A stretch of 64,000 nucleotides of DNA, taken from the NCBI RefSeq assembly GCF_008831285.2, contig NC_045138.2, positions 62,001-126,000 of the forward strand. Direction: 5' to 3'. The DNA is from Nymphaea colorata. Lineage: Eukaryota. The notes beneath the pieces were generated by a model. That model was not told where the DNA came from. It did not search any database and worked only from the letters and a program-made list of their open reading frames with translations. Positions 1-11,050 of the stretch are shown piece by piece (the first letter of the stretch is position 1; the number at the start of each line of letters is the position of its first letter). A program made the position numbers and the translations under genes.

Positions 1-1206
1 AATGCCAATTCATTATGGAAAAAACAAGCTCAACTTCTTTACTATATCATCTCCAATTGCGTAAGTTTTATGGGTTAGAAAATTATGTAATACTTAATTA
101 AACTTTAGAAAATTATTTATGGTTGAGATTGTCAGGACACAGATTCCTCATGCTGTTGGGGCTGCATATTCCTTAAAAATGGATAAGGAACAAGCTTGTG
201 CAGTGACTTATTTTGGAGATGGTGGCACGAGCGAGGTACTTTACCATAGATCAAACTTTATGTACTGAGAAGCGCTGTGTCTTTCTTAAAGCTGGCACTT
301 TTTGTAATGGAACAGGGAGATTTTCATGCTGCATTAAACTTTGCTGCTGTTAGGGAAGTTCCCGTCCTGTTTATTTGTCGTAACAATGGATGGGCAATCA
401 GTACACCTACATGTGAACAATTTCGAAGTACTCTCCCTATCCTTTCTGTCTCAAAAGCACTTGTAACTGTAATGACTGCATATATCTTACTCCTATCATG
501 TTGCTGGAGCTGCAGGTGATGGTGTGGTTAGCCGTGGGCAGGCTTATGGAATCTGTAGTCTTCGAGTTGATGGAAATGATACTCTAGCTGTTTACCATGC
601 AGTTTGTGCTGCTCGACAAATGGCAATCAGTGAATCCAAACCTGTGCTAATTGAGGTCAAAATCAAATTTTATGGCAAATCCAAGTTCCTAGAATCTGAG
701 TACCTCTGTTGCCTTCCTACTAACTCTATTTCTTTGGCTTCCCAAATTTATTGAGACACCAGGCCCTCACCTACCGAGCTGGCCATCACTCTACTTCTGA
801 TGACTCAACCAAGTATCGTCCAGTAGATGAAATTGAACACTGGAGAAAAGAGCGTGATCCTGTCTCCAGATTTAGAAAATGGATTGATGGTAAGGGATGG
901 TGGACCAATGCAGCAGAATCAGAGCTTCGGAGTGAAATCAGAAAGAAGGTGAAACTATATGTTGCTTTACTCCATTTGGTCAATTTATCTTACTGGCATT
1001 GGCTTCCACTTCTCTCTGACTGGTGATGATTCATGCAGATGTTGAACGCAATTCAGGTTGCAGAGAAGATGGAGAAACCACCCATCAGTGAGATGTTTAC
1101 AGATGTTTATGATGTTCTGCCATCTAACCTTCTCGAGCAGGAAAAACTACTAAGAGAGACAATTAGTAAACACCCACAAGATTACCCACCTGATGTGCCT
1201 GTCTAG
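1..1206 (+). CDS. BCKDHA: 2-oxoisovalerate (branched-chain alpha-keto acid) dehydrogenase E1 alpha subunit, 3' part; 5' end lies outside the window
   Basis: GT-AG exons <1-60, 136-235, 316-427, 516-655, 763-948 and 1039-1206 join in frame: [57 protein letters not shown] (ThDP-binding GDG..NN motif), then [17 protein letters not shown] (phosphorylation loop), ending [11 protein letters not shown]. Confidence 0.96.
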
Positions 1207-1904
1207 GTAGAAATGACAATCTTTAACATGCCTTTGTACATCCATTCTTCATTCAAGTACTCGATCGATAAAATATCCTATCCTATTCTAATAAATTCGA
1301 ACAAATATTTTATTTCTTTACGTGATCAATTTGATGAGGAATTTAGTTTAATCTTTTTTCTTGTATAACCTTTCTAAATATCTACAATGTTGGTATGGCG
1401 AACCCTCTAACAGGAGATGCAGTTGCATTGGTTTTTAAGATCGTAGGTCATAAATGCCTCTCTTTCTCCTATATTCCCTTTCCTTTTTTGTTTCTCTGTA
1501 AAATTATTTGTGCCGTTGAATTTCGACTCGCTTTCTTACTGTGTGAAGTTTCGGTTCACCTTATGCGGCTCTCCTGCAACAAGAATATGAGGACCGCAGG
1601 AAAATTCACAGACGACGAGTGTGAGCTGCTAAAGTTGTTTGCTTCAACTGATGAAGTGAACATTTGCAAAACTAATTGTTTCATGCTTGCACCTAGGGTC
1701 TTGTTTATGCACAGGTTGCGCTGCGAGCATTGTGTGTCTGTGTGGCGCACATGTTTGTGGCTAACAGTGGACTAGCATGATGGAATTATTTCTTTTGAAC
1801 GTACGACATGATTTTTCTGCACCTTCACCTATGTGCATTTTCACACTTCTAATATGTAAATCTACATATCAAGTCCGAAGAATCATGAGATAGTGCACAA
1901 TCTT

Positions 1905-1905
<1 letters not shown>

Positions 1906-1953
<48 letters not shown>
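1906..1953. repeat. (TA)n microsatellite
   Basis: Uninterrupted TA run. Confidence 0.95.
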
Positions 1954-1956
<3 letters not shown>

Positions 1957-2085
1957 GTAACCCAACATACCAAGCTTTGATGAGAATCAATGTAAGCCCT
2001 CAATTTCAAGGAAATCAGATGGTAAAAAATAGCTTATACAAATAAAAGGCAAGCTATTCTTAAAAAAAAAAAAGGAATCTGGTGC

Positions 2086-2276
2086 AGGTTGCATTTGATT
2101 ACTGTGGATCTCCTACCCCTCCCTTACCCTCTAATGGGATTTCAAATCGACAATTTTTACATTAAAGGATAGATTTGAAATCCTGAAATCTACAGTTTGA
2201 TATAACTATGGATTTCAGCTATCATGGTTTTGATATTCTTTCGGATATGAGATTTGTAGGGAATCAAATGCAATCT
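2086..2276. mobile_element. Tourist-like (PIF/Harbinger-type) MITE
   Basis: Terminal inverted repeats AGGTTGCATTTGATT / AATCAAATGCAATCT around about 190 bp of non-coding DNA. Confidence 0.6.
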
Positions 2277-2419
2277 TAGGGAAACTCATCTGTTTTCTTC
2301 TTTGTAAAGTATTCCTGATTCTTGAAAAGATCAATTTACATTCTGTATTTGCCATTGAATTTCTCGTTTTTTTTTAATTGATGACCTAGATGATTACATC
2401 AAATTTGATATATGGGGGT

Positions 2420-3200
2420 CTGATAGCTGCCTCTTTCTCATATGTGTAGTATCCATTATGAGAATGTCCAGTGCCAAAGTCAATGAATGGGTGAGTCATA
2501 AATCCCTAACCTAAAATTGGCTATGTAATGTATTTTATCTGGTAGATTACATGCAAGCATTTTACCAAAAGTTTCTATGGTATCAACCTTGTGTATTTCC
2601 TATTGAAACAAGACCCTAGGTGTTGGGTGGAGGGTTGACGATTGCAAAATGAACTCTTCCATTCAATAGGTAGAGAACATTGCCAAGATTTTGTGATCTA
2701 TTGCCGAATGCCAAACCTATTCCAAATACTAGGACTCAGATAATGGGGATCACTATAATACGTCCTATCAATTGATATTTGGTATGTCGGTATTAATTAG
2801 ATCCAAGATCTGTTATAGAATTGATCATTCAATGAGCATTCTCAACATCATGCCTTGAAGAAGACTCCAACCTCTGTGCTGTTTAACACGGGATTTTGAG
2901 TATCGTGTGTCTACCATTTCACCGTGAAGGCATTTTCAAAGTCAATTGCATTCCATGAATATAATATCTATCTAGTATGATAGATTGCGAGAGAGAAAGA
3001 AAAAAATTTGGTCGCTACCAAACCCTTATATACCAGACTCAATGGAAATCGGTCTTGCATCATTATATTAAGAAGATCCAACGGCAAAAATTTAAGTTGA
3101 AACAAATTGAACTCATGTTGTATTTTGATGATATCAGAATACCCCTTAAAAGGAGGAAACAAGTAAGTTTCAACTCCTTGCCTTTTCTGAGGGGTGTTTC
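2420..3200 (-). pseudogene. highly decayed LINE reverse-transcriptase remnant
   Basis: Minus strand reads RPISIESGI (cf. RPISL), then IDFENAFTVKW (cf. LDFEKAFDxVxW), then a possible GDP-like remnant, in RT motif order but with stops and frameshifts. Confidence 0.5.
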
Positions 3201-3639
3201 AATCTTATTAAAATAGAGCTTGATTTCTATCTTTTTTTAATTTAATTTCCATCATTGGGTCACCTTAAAATTGATGATGCAGATGATTCTGAATATCTAT
3301 TTTAATGAATGATACTTCTTGCATGCATGAGATTTGTGTTAAAAGATGCATCACATGATCACCCAAATCCCAAGTAACCTAAACGCTGGAGCTGGTGGAA
3401 GAGAATAACTTCTACTCTCGCCTGTTACCTCTTCTCAAGTTAAAAAACTGTCCAAGAGAGGAAGTTGTTTAATAGGAAGCAGGGAATGTTGAAACTTAAG
3501 TTGGAACCATGTTCTTGGTCGTTAATCTAAATGAAGGAATAAAGTGAAGAATTAGCCCATAGAAATAATAAACAGTAAGAAATTACATACATTCTTCTCT
3601 TCTTTTCTTTTATTTGAAAATAATGTGGAGTTAGATCTT

Positions 3640-4400
3640 GGCATGTAACTTTTTCAAGCTTTATTTGGCCCGCGCAGCGCAGAAGGTTTCTGAAGCCTTT
3701 GTCTAGCCTTTACTCATTCTTAAGGTAGCGGAAGCTTTCATCAATCTTTTGAGACCATGCACTAGACGATGAGTGCTAGGCACTTGGCACATCATCACCT
3801 AAGATTATCCCACAGTAAACCATTGGCAAGCCATGACCATATAAGGTTTTGTCAGAACACCACCATTTCTCTGAGTGTCTATCTACTTCCATATAAAATC
3901 TGGGTAGAGATAGACTTTTATTGGAAGGAAGTTCCCAGTTCCCGACTAGATGTCGTTAAGTAAGGTGGTCGACCATCTACCGGGAGAATTGTCCTAACCC
4001 GTGTGCACCCCTATGAGCATTCAAATATGACGCATGGGGAACCCACCGATTCTCCGACAAGAGACTACTGATGATCATGATGCACTTATATGCTTTTGTC
4101 TTTGCACCATCATACTGCACATTCCAAGTGCATTGATTTCTACTTGACTCAGCATTCGATTGGATCTCACTTACTTCTCAAACAATCCTCAAGCTGGCCA
4201 AGCATCATCCCATACTGTTGGCTTGATCGGGCCAAACATAGTCGATCCGCAACATTTTCCTACCACCAAAATCTTTGATATCCTCAACGTCCTGCCCTGA
4301 GCAAAAGAAAACTTTGCAGTCATTCCCTTTATTTGTTTCAATTGAGCTAACATTCTTCTGCTTGACACACCCATCACGTATCGACTATCTGATTTATCGA
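3640..4400 (-). mobile_element. LTR-retroelement remnant, inverted copy of 5700-6380
   Basis: Reverse complement aligns by eye with 5700-6380 (e.g. GCTGAGTCAAGTAGAAAxCAATGCACTTGG, AAATAAAGCTTGAAAAAGT) and with 4426-5190. Confidence 0.75.
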
Positions 4401-4425
4401 GTGTTTCGCCACTTGTCCATCTCTG

Positions 4426-6380
4426 GCTCGCCGTCAAGTAGGGCAATGGTCTGTCACCTTACTTAATGATAGGGGTGGGTAACGGGCCGGGTACCTACCC
4501 GGCCCAGTCGGGCCCAGGTTCGAGCAGGGAAAACTGGGTCCTCAGCCAAGCCCGGGCCTAGGTTCGGGCCGAGAAAATCGGGTACCAGGCCCGATGGTGC
4601 GGCCCGGGCCAGCCCGGCCCATTAGTCATTTAAAATATATATATATATATATATTATTTTTTATTGAATAATATGTATTTTATTATTGAAAAATAAATTT
4701 TATATTATAAAAATTTATTTTATAATTTAAAATTATTTTTTTATTGTCAAACGAGGGGGATATCCGGTCGGGCCCGGGCCGGTACCTGAGATATTGGGCC
4801 GGGCTTCGGGCCCGACAGGCCGGGTCTTATTGAGCCTGCCCGGCCCGACCCGATGCCCACCCCTACTTAATGACATCTAATCGGCAACTGGCTTCTGTTG
4901 GGGATTTCCTCCCAAAGAAAGTCTACCCGTCCCTAGATTTCTTATAGAAGTGGATAAGTGCTTGGAGGAATGGCGGTGTTATGGTAGGGCCTCATGGCCA
5001 CGGCTTACCAATGGTCTACTGTGGGATAATCCTGGGTGATGGTGTGCCGAGTGCCTAGCACTCCTCATTTATTTCATGGTCCCAAAAGATTGATGAAAGT
5101 TTCCACTGCCTTAAAAATGAGTTGTGGCTGGTCGAAGGCTTGAGAAATCTTCGACGCCCCTCGGGCCAAATAGGGTTGACAAAGTCAGCCTGTGACAAAG
5201 TGGTATCAGAGCAAAATGATTTCTCGAAAAGAAATTAAAAAATGACAATAATGCAAAAAATATAATCAACAACTTGTTCTCAATAATGGTGGCTTGTTGT
5301 TTGTGTCTCATAATTTGGTCAAGTTCATTGGATACTGGTTCAAGTGACCTTATTGTTCATTGGATACTGGTTCAAGTGACCTTATTGATGTTGGCTTGAT
5401 GAAAATCACACTTTTCAAAGATGGTATTTGGGTGTCGTGAGCAAAAAGGCCACGATGAGCCGCTAGCTAAGCAAAATATGGTAAGAGGTCCAATGTGAAG
5501 AAAGGATTGTCCAAGAGGGCATGGGCCCTTAGTGTTGGCATGGGTCGAAGAAGCGAGCATGTCAGGGTACTGAAAGGTGAGTACGGGTTGGCAAAACATT
5601 TTGTAAATTTGATATTTAGTGGTTGTCGGATATGTTTAGAACTTTATTAAGAAAAAACGTAAAATATAACAGAAAAGTGGGAAAAACCAGAAATGGACTA
5701 GAGGCAAAACACTCAATAAGGCAGTAACCGAGATGTGATGGTGCGTCAACGAAAGGAATAAAGAGGATGACTGCAGAGTTTTCTTTCTTTTGAGCCAAAA
5801 CATTGATAGTAGGAGAATGTTGTAGACCGACTATGTTTGTCCTGACCAAGGCAGCAGTATGAGATGATGGTTGGCTAATTTAGACATTATTTGAGAAATA
5901 TATGAGATCTAATCGGACGCTGAGTCAAGTAGAAACCAATGCACTTGGGATGTACAGCGTAGTGATGCAAAGACAAAGTAAGTGTATCATGGTCATCAAT
6001 CCCTTTGAAACGTGCAAGTTCGTCGTTGGGAAATCAGTAGGTTTTCTATGTGTAGCGTTTGGATGCGCACAAAGTGCGTGTGAGTTAGGAGTAATTTTCT
6101 ATACTGCGTTAACAACCGTATAGAGTCACGCGGGACGGGTAAGTGAAAGCTCATCGTTGAGTAAGACGATGGTCGACGCCTTACTTAATAACATCTAGTA
6201 CCAACTGGTTTTGGTTGGAAACCTTCAATCTAGTATAAGATAATCTTAGGTGATGGTCTCGTCTAGCCCACTGTCTCAAATTGACAAAAGCTTTAGCTAT
6301 TTTAAAAATGAGTTAAGGCTAACCAATGCTTGAAAAACGTTCGGTGCGGTACGAGTAAAATAAAGCTTGAAAAAGTATCT
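4426..6380 (+). mobile_element. non-autonomous or decayed LTR retrotransposon (partial 5' LTR, PBS, short internal region, 3' LTR)
   Basis: 4426-5197 (minus the nested MITE) is repeated directly at about 6148-6380. The first copy ends TGTGACA at 5197 and is followed by the tRNA-iMet primer-binding site TGGTATCAGAGC at 5201-5212. No gag/pol ORF. Confidence 0.7.
4470..4865. mobile_element. hAT-type MITE (GGGCCGGGCC family) nested in an LTR
   Basis: TIR TAGGGGTGGG / CCCACCCCTA; perfect 8-bp TSD CTTAATGA at 4462-4469 and 4866-4873; AT-rich core. Confidence 0.92.
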
Positions 6381-7252
6381 TTTATTTGAAAATAATGGCA
6401 TATCAAATGGTAGCGCATGATCACTTTAATTAGTTTTGCGGCGAAGGGCTTCACGTTTGCCCTCCCTCTCCCGCGACCGACGAGCCTTAAACCCGCCCGA
6501 CGATTGGGGAACTCCACCGACGACCACCTCCGATCCTTATGTGGCGTCCCCTGTTCTCGTTCTTCCGTCTGTTCTCTCCATAGCCGATGCATTAGGGGCT
6601 GCGTCGGCATGGCTGGCGCAGAGGGACGGTCCTCTCAACAATCTGGTTTCCCCTTGAAAGGGGTTCTCCCTACTTCTTCTTCTTCTTCTTCTTCTTGGAA
6701 AATGCGAGGAATACGTAGAACCTCTATTCCGTTTGCTGCACTCTTTCTCAATCCCTGTTGCCGCATCTCTCTATGCTTCCCAGATTGCTGTGTTCATATC
6801 TATTGCTAGCTTTTTCTTTTATTTACTCTGTTGTTCTCTGTCCCTCCTGCTCTTCAACCGCCGATTGCCTTGTTGTTCATCGCCGCATACTGTCCAAGAT
6901 ACAATCTTCTTTTCAGGACACCAACGAGTAAGTTGGCACAAAGCTTCTGTCAAGTGTTTGTTCTCTGTCAGAGTGCGAGCTTTCTCGCAGACTGGGACGA
7001 AGAGAGGAACTTGATGCTGTTGGAGGGAAAGGAGGAAGAAGTTTCAATGATGGACCCGAACAGATGTTGAACTAGGCATGTAAGCTGAACCAGACAAGCT
7101 GATCAGCAGCGTCACCCTCTGGTAGCAGGGTCAGACGCATTCTTCTGCAGGGATAATCAGTAGTGGATGACAGCCGTTGTCCTGGAGCACGACGTTTGGG
7201 GAAGTGAGTCGAGAGTGGGAAGACTGCCTGCTATGAGTAGGCGTCTCCTGCA

Positions 7253-10114
7253 ATGCTCAGGTACTCCTTGCTCTCGATACCTTCCCTTCGGTTTCATGCT
7301 ACTGCTAGATCAATTCATGGCACCCCAATTCTTTTGTGGAGGCTCAAGGACGAAACCAAACTCGGGGAGTCTCAGGTGATCGAGAGGATCGTTAGAATCA
7401 TCATCCATAATCGTGCGGGGGCAATCTCTGGCCTTTCTTTCGAGTTTTCTGTGAAAATCCTTGATGGGGTTGTTGAGAAACTCAAATTTAAGCCGGAATT
7501 GAGTCTTGAGTTCTTTCGATTGGCGAAGAAAGATTCCAAGTTTAGACCACCACCGAGATCATACTGTAAGATAATCCACATTTTGTCTAGGGGAAGGATG
7601 TTCGACGATGCAAGGGCTTTCTTGCATGAGTTGGTGGGAATGTTCAGATCTGAAGTCTCTGATGCTTTCATCTTCAATGAGTTGTTGGATGTATACAGGG
7701 AGTTCTCCTTTTCCTCGATCGTGTTTGATATGCTATTGAAAGTGTATGCTCAGAGGGGCTTGACAAAGAAGGCACTCTACGTGTTTGACAATATGGGAAG
7801 GTTTGGTTTTTGCCCGAGCTTGAGGTCGTGTAATAGTGTTATTGGTTCCTTGGTTCAGAAATCGGAAAATTATGTAGCTTTTCAATTTTATGAGCAAATG
7901 GTCCGGATTGGCATTGTCCCAGATGTGTTTACGGTTACCATGATCGTGGATGCGTATTGCAAGGAAGGGATGGTGGAAAGGGGCCTAGAGTTCATGATGC
8001 AAATGGAGAGGAAAGGATTTGAATTGAACAAAGTTACTTATCATGCGTTGATTAATGGTTATTGTAATTTAGGAGAAACAAATTCGGGGTTTCGAGTTTT
8101 GAGATTGATGGATGATAAGGGCATTTTGCCTGATGCTGTGACTTACAGTTTGCTTATCAAGGGATACTGCAAGGAAGGGAAACTTGAAGAGGCGGAGAAC
8201 TTGCTTTGTGAAATTAAAGAGAAGTATGATATGGTTCGTGATGAGGTTGCATTTGGAACGGTAATAAGTGGTTACTGCAGGAATGGTAAGATGGAAGATG
8301 CCATCAGAGTCCAAGAGATGATGGTACATGAAGGATTGAAGACAAACGTCTTCACCTGTAATCTTTTGATAAATGGATTCTGCAAGCTCGGAAAGCTTAG
8401 GGAAGCAAACCAAGTGATAACTGATATGGTGTTGTCCTGGGGTTTACAGCCAGATTCTTACAGCTATAATGCACTTCTAGATGGGTACTGTAGAAAAGGA
8501 TTGATGGATGTGGCCTTCGAGCTTTGTAATGAAATGCAACAGAAGGGGATTAAGCCAACGGTTTTGACTTATAACACACTTATAAAGGGTTTTTGTCGCA
8601 ATAACAGAATTGATGATGCTGTCAACCTTTGGTATGTGATGAAGAATAGAGGCATCAAACCAAATGAAGTTACATGTAGCACGCTTCTTGATGCCTTTTT
8701 CAAGGTAGGAAACCATGAACGGGCATTAACTTTATGGAATAGGATCTTAAATATGGGGCTTGCAAATGAAATCACCTTCAATACGATGATCAATGGTTTA
8801 TTCAGTATGGGGAAAGTTGTAGAAGCAAATGAGCTCTATGGTAGAATGGAAAACCTGGGATGCTTCGCTGATAGCATTACCTACAGGATACTGATAGATG
8901 GATATTCAAAAGCCGGAAACATTGTTCAGGCTTTTTTGGTTAAGAAGAAGATGGAAAACAATGGGATTTCACCTAGTATTGAGATGTATAATTCTCTTAT
9001 TTCTGGTTTATTTAAGTCTGATAAAAGCAATGAAGTACAGGATATTTTGGTTGAGATGGAAAAAAAGGGATTATCTCCAAATATTGTGACATATGGTGCC
9101 CTCGTTCATGGCTGGTGTAGAGAAGGAAAACTGGAGAAAGCATTTAGCATCTACTTGGAAATGACTAAGAAAGGCTTAACTCCAAACCTCATCATCTTAT
9201 GTTCACTTCTCAGTACTCTTTATAGGTTTGGTAGGATAAATGAAGCGAACATGTTTTTACAGAAAATGGTGGGCGTTGATCTTTCAGTTGGCAGTACAAA
9301 TTGCAGCAAGCTTATCGATCATGGTGGCAGCGAACATGTCATAGAGAAAATCAATGCATTTCTTAATGAAACCGCTGGAACATGTATGCTACCAAAAGTC
9401 ATTTTATACAACATAGTACTTTGTGGGCTTTGTAAGTCCGGAAGGTCAGGGGATGCAAGAAATTTGTTTGTGGAGTTATTGAGAAGAGGCTTTATTCCTG
9501 ATAATTTCACATACTGCACTCTCATCCATGGTTGTGCAACAACTGGCGATGTGAATGAAGCTTTTAAGTTACGAGATGAGATGCTAAATAGGGGCATTAC
9601 CCCAAATATTGTTACATATAACACCCTTATTGGTGGATTGTGTAAATCAGGGAACATTGACAGGGCAGTTAGGCTTTTCACTAAGCTGCGCCAAAAATCT
9701 TTGTCTCCTGATGTAATTAGTTTCAATACCTTGATTGATGGATATTGCAAAAGCGGTCAACTTAGTGAGGCCATTAAGTTGAAAAATGAAATGATTGAGA
9801 AAGGCATTCGTCCAACAGTTGTGACCTACTCTGTGCTGATCAATGGCTTCTCTAAGATAGGGGATATGGAGACTTGTAGGAATCTGTTGGATGAAATGAT
9901 TCAGAGGGGTGTAAACCCACACTATGTGACTTTAAGGACACTATTTCATGGTTGTATCCGAAGTGGGAATGTTGATCAGATCTCAAATCTCTATGGTGAT
10001 ATACACAAGAGAGGTCTTCTGTCGGGTGTACGTGATGATAAACAAAATTGTCTGACTGACAGTATGGAAGCAAAGATGCCTATATGTCAAACTATTCTGG
10101 AAGCTGTATGCTGA
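7253..10114 (+). CDS. P-class pentatricopeptide repeat protein (resembles Arabidopsis At1g19290), 953 aa, probably organelle-targeted
   Basis: Single uninterrupted ORF with about 20 tandem 35-aa PPR motifs (e.g. VTYNTLIGGLCKSGNIDRAVRLFTKLRQKSLSPD); no E/DYW extension; Arg/Ser/Leu-rich N-terminus. Confidence 0.96.
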   Translation: MLRYSLLSIPSLRFHATARSIHGTPILLWRLKDETKLGESQVIERIVRIIIHNRAGAISGLSFEFSVKILDGVVEKLKFKPELSLEFFRLAKKDSKFRPPPRSYCKIIHILSRGRMFDDARAFLHELVGMFRSEVSDAFIFNELLDVYREFSFSSIVFDMLLKVYAQRGLTKKALYVFDNMGRFGFCPSLRSCNSVIGSLVQKSENYVAFQFYEQMVRIGIVPDVFTVTMIVDAYCKEGMVERGLEFMMQMERKGFELNKVTYHALINGYCNLGETNSGFRVLRLMDDKGILPDAVTYSLLIKGYCKEGKLEEAENLLCEIKEKYDMVRDEVAFGTVISGYCRNGKMEDAIRVQEMMVHEGLKTNVFTCNLLINGFCKLGKLREANQVITDMVLSWGLQPDSYSYNALLDGYCRKGLMDVAFELCNEMQQKGIKPTVLTYNTLIKGFCRNNRIDDAVNLWYVMKNRGIKPNEVTCSTLLDAFFKVGNHERALTLWNRILNMGLANEITFNTMINGLFSMGKVVEANELYGRMENLGCFADSITYRILIDGYSKAGNIVQAFLVKKKMENNGISPSIEMYNSLISGLFKSDKSNEVQDILVEMEKKGLSPNIVTYGALVHGWCREGKLEKAFSIYLEMTKKGLTPNLIILCSLLSTLYRFGRINEANMFLQKMVGVDLSVGSTNCSKLIDHGGSEHVIEKINAFLNETAGTCMLPKVILYNIVLCGLCKSGRSGDARNLFVELLRRGFIPDNFTYCTLIHGCATTGDVNEAFKLRDEMLNRGITPNIVTYNTLIGGLCKSGNIDRAVRLFTKLRQKSLSPDVISFNTLIDGYCKSGQLSEAIKLKNEMIEKGIRPTVVTYSVLINGFSKIGDMETCRNLLDEMIQRGVNPHYVTLRTLFHGCIRSGNVDQISNLYGDIHKRGLLSGVRDDKQNCLTDSMEAKMPICQTILEAVC

Positions 10115-10837
10115 CACTTGGTAACCAATCTATAGGTGGTATTTCAGAAAGCACTCGCAAGTTCAAATTGCTGAAGCTTCTGAAGGTCACATCAGAGCAA
10201 AGCCGTGAAAGATCCACTTTGGCTTACGGTCTAACGCATGTTTGCACAGGGTGTGGTTTATGGCATGGTTCTGAGAGAAAAATACACCCCAATGTCTGTC
10301 AAGTTACTTGAATCTTTTCTGACCTGTTGATTACAGCATGAAAAGATTAGAAAGAGAAACTGCAAGGAAATGTTGACCCGTCTTTCAAGTGAAGCCATTT
10401 CAAAGAGGTTGTGAAATGTGTGCAATTTTCACATAATCATCTCACTATGTGGTAGAAATTTGATCAAGATTGGGGTGTTGAAATAAGGTTTGTCAGACAA
10501 GCTGGAGACAGCCCGCTTGCAAGATGTGCTTCAATTCAATATTCAATGTTAAGTTTTGATTGCATTCGAAGCAAGGAAGCAGTTTCTTGTGAAGAGAGTG
10601 TGGACCACTTATGTGATTATCCACAACCCGACACTCGACAGTGAGCAAGGTAATATAAGCCCAAGATCTATTATTGCTCTTGACAGCCTGAAATTTTTTC
10701 TTCTTTTCTTTTGCAGATTTTTGTTCCACGGAAGTTTCATATTTTGCAGTTATTTTTGTTTCCTACTTTCATGATTTTTTCCCTCCCCACTTAATCACTA
10801 AAACATTCTTATGTTTTAATTATCTGGTCATGCTTCT

Positions 10838-11050
10838 TGATAAGAATTATTGTCCTAACCATTCGGGCATATCATGCATCCATTCTTTATTTTCTCTAAT
10901 TGCTATTATTTATAAGAATGACTGTCCAAATGATCTGGTATCACATCCCCTCTTTATTTTCTCTAACTACTGTTCTTTATAAGAATGACTGTCCAAGTGA
11001 TCCGGGCTTGTTACTCGTCCCCTCTTTATTTTCTCTAACTGCTATTATCT
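10838..11050. repeat. degenerate tandem repeat, about 3 units of 65-72 bp
   Basis: Recurring CTTTATTTTCTCTAA and ATAAGAATGACTGTCCAA blocks. Confidence 0.85.

Noticed and set aside
3680..5160. Mutator-like element with long TIRs
   Set aside because: The right arm is followed by a PBS and recurs as a direct repeat at 6148-6380, which fits LTRs; no 9-bp TSD found
4426..6380. Cassandra-type TRIM carrying 5S rRNA sequence
   Set aside because: No 5S-like sequence recognisable in the LTR copies
7372..10073. Several minus-strand and alternative-frame ORFs within the PPR gene
   Set aside because: Shadows of the long coding sequence with no recognisable motifs
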